A stretch of 64,000 nt of DNA, taken from the NCBI GenBank assembly GCA_022821275.1, contig JAJEDY010000095.1:2700-66699 (forward strand). The letters run 5' to 3'. The position numbers and the translations under genes were made by a program. The notes beneath the pieces are model-generated. The model saw only the letters and a program-made list of their open reading frames with translations. It was not told the DNA's origin and did not search any database. Shown piece by piece: positions 63,095-64,000 of this stretch. The stretch comes from Candidatus Latescibacterota bacterium (GTDB lineage Bacteria > Latescibacterota > UBA2968). Numbering within the stretch: position 1 is the first letter of the stretch; each line of letters starts with the position of its first letter.

Positions 63095-63152
63095 CTGTAG
63101 GAGTGATGTTTTTTCAGAGTGAATATTTATAGTCACATGTATTTGGGAGGAG

Positions 63153-64000
63153 ATGATGGATTCTATTTTTGGGATTGTGCCGCCTGTGGTGACGCCGTTT
63201 CGGGAGGATGACGCACTTGATGAAGGGGCGTTTCGCGCGGAAATTCAGTATATGATTGAGATGGCGAAGGTGCATGGGTTGGCGGTGACGGGGAGTACGG
63301 GTGAGGGGCATACGCTCGGGGATGATGAGGTGAGGCAATTGACGCAATGGGCGGTGGAGGAAGCCGATGGGCGAGTGCCAGTGATTACGGGGATTATTAC
63401 GGACAGTACGAAGTCGGCAATTGAGCGGGGTAAGGCTGTGGCCGATTTGGGTCCGGTGGCGTTGCAGGTGACGCCGGTGCATTATTTGTTTCGGCCAGAT
63501 GATGATGCGATGGTCAGGCATTTTGAGGCGTTGTGTGAGGGGACGGGGTTGCCGGTGATGATTTACAATGTGGTGCCGTGGACGTATTTGTCGCCGGAGT
63601 TGTTGACGCGGATTATTGACGAGGTGGAAGGTGTGGTGGGGGTGAAGCAGAGTGCGGGTGATATGAAGTTGCTGGCTGATTTGTTGTTGATGGCCGGAGA
63701 TCGTGCGCGGATTATGACTGCGGTAGATGCGTTGTTGTATCCGTCATTTGTTTTGGGTGCACACGGTGCGATTGCGGCGATTTTGACGGCGGTGCCCGAG
63801 TTGTGTGTGGCGGTGTGGGATGCGTGTCGGGCGGGTGATCATAAGGAGGCGCTGGATTTACATGAGAAGTTGCTGCCGATTTGGAATGCGATTTTTGATG
63901 ATAATTTGCCTGCAAATACGAAGTATGCTATGAAGCTGCAGGGGCGCGATGGGGGTGTGCCAAGGCCGCCAATGCCACCTCCATCTGCCGAGCAGGAGGG
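63153..64000 (+). CDS. Dihydrodipicolinate synthase (DapA) family lyase, 3' end beyond window
   Basis: Absent from the ORF track because it runs off the window. MMDSIFGIVPPVVTPFREDDALDEGAFRAEIQYMIE...VTGSTGEGHTL...VITGI...VGVKQSAGD. GGGAGG lies upstream, and the ATG at 63153 or 63156 could be the start. Confidence 0.85.
   Translation, partial: MMDSIFGIVPPVVTPFREDDALDEGAFRAEIQYMIEMAKVHGLAVTGSTGEGHTLGDDEVRQLTQWAVEEADGRVPVITGIITDSTKSAIERGKAVADLGPVALQVTPVHYLFRPDDDAMVRHFEALCEGTGLPVMIYNVVPWTYLSPELLTRIIDEVEGVVGVKQSAGDMKLLADLLLMAGDRARIMTAVDALLYPSFVLGAHGAIAAILTAVPELCVAVWDACRAGDHKEALDLHEKLLPIWNAIFDDNLPANTKYAMKLQGRDGGVPRPPMPPPSAEQE

Noticed and set aside
56990-63142. Interpretation of the ATGTGTGACTTYAA motif as Xer/dif-like sites or integron attC sites
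   Set aside because: The end of the motif (TGACTTTAAAT) only loosely resembles a XerD arm, and the inner arm positions are not palindromic as in dif. No GTTRRRY/RYYYAAC integron core sites and no integron integrase are present. I keep the motif as an unexplained repeat and do not call it a known recombination site.

Overview
Chromosome segment from a diderm, probably uncultivated bacterium. The gene content resembles FCB-group, Gemmatimonadota or Latescibacterota-like lineages, but that lineage call is a guess. By eye the G+C is about 50% and the coding strands are G/T-rich. 1-11.2 kb: four MacB/FtsX 'duplicated orphan permease' paralogs, one cut by the window edge and one with an in-frame deletion of TM1. 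They are interrupted by a block of GNAT, HNH, small RHH-like, NUDIX and PhyH genes. 11.2-13.3 kb: two methyltransferases (one 5'-truncated) and a HigB/HigA-type TA pair. 13.3-20.2 kb: two paralogous ~650-aa polytopic membrane proteins flank a TPR + GWxTD-like protein, preceded by a 15.75-copy octanucleotide tandem repeat. 20.4-37.5 kb: two copies of a three-gene envelope module (TonB-dependent receptor with CarboxypepD_reg domain, then a ~700-aa secreted protein with a T9SS-type C-terminal domain, then a PorV/PorQ-like barrel). One copy carries a frameshifted sulfatase and the other a possible glycoside-hydrolase-like gene. 37.7-56.8 kb: soluble metabolism, with PhyH dioxygenases, SDR, class-III aminotransferase, DUF1080, M14-like protein, creatininase, ssb, AKR, MFS, BVMO-type monooxygenase and another FtsX permease. 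It also holds a MaoC/CitE/CaiB trio typical of itaconate or C5-dicarboxylate CoA catabolism, and a sulfatase-fold protein with Thr at the nucleophile position. 56.8-63.1 kb: a visibly AT-richer island with a type II R-M pair, a DUF4926 gene and a three-gene operon of two PD-(D/E)XK-type nucleases plus a small protein. The operon is bracketed by ~55-bp direct repeats and punctuated by two ~180-nt stem-closed elements that share an inverted-repeat core. This island is my best candidate for an undescribed, defence-like system. The window ends in a DapA-family gene. Several families of short dispersed intergenic repeats are present. I recognised no rRNA, tRNA, CRISPR array, integrase or transposase.
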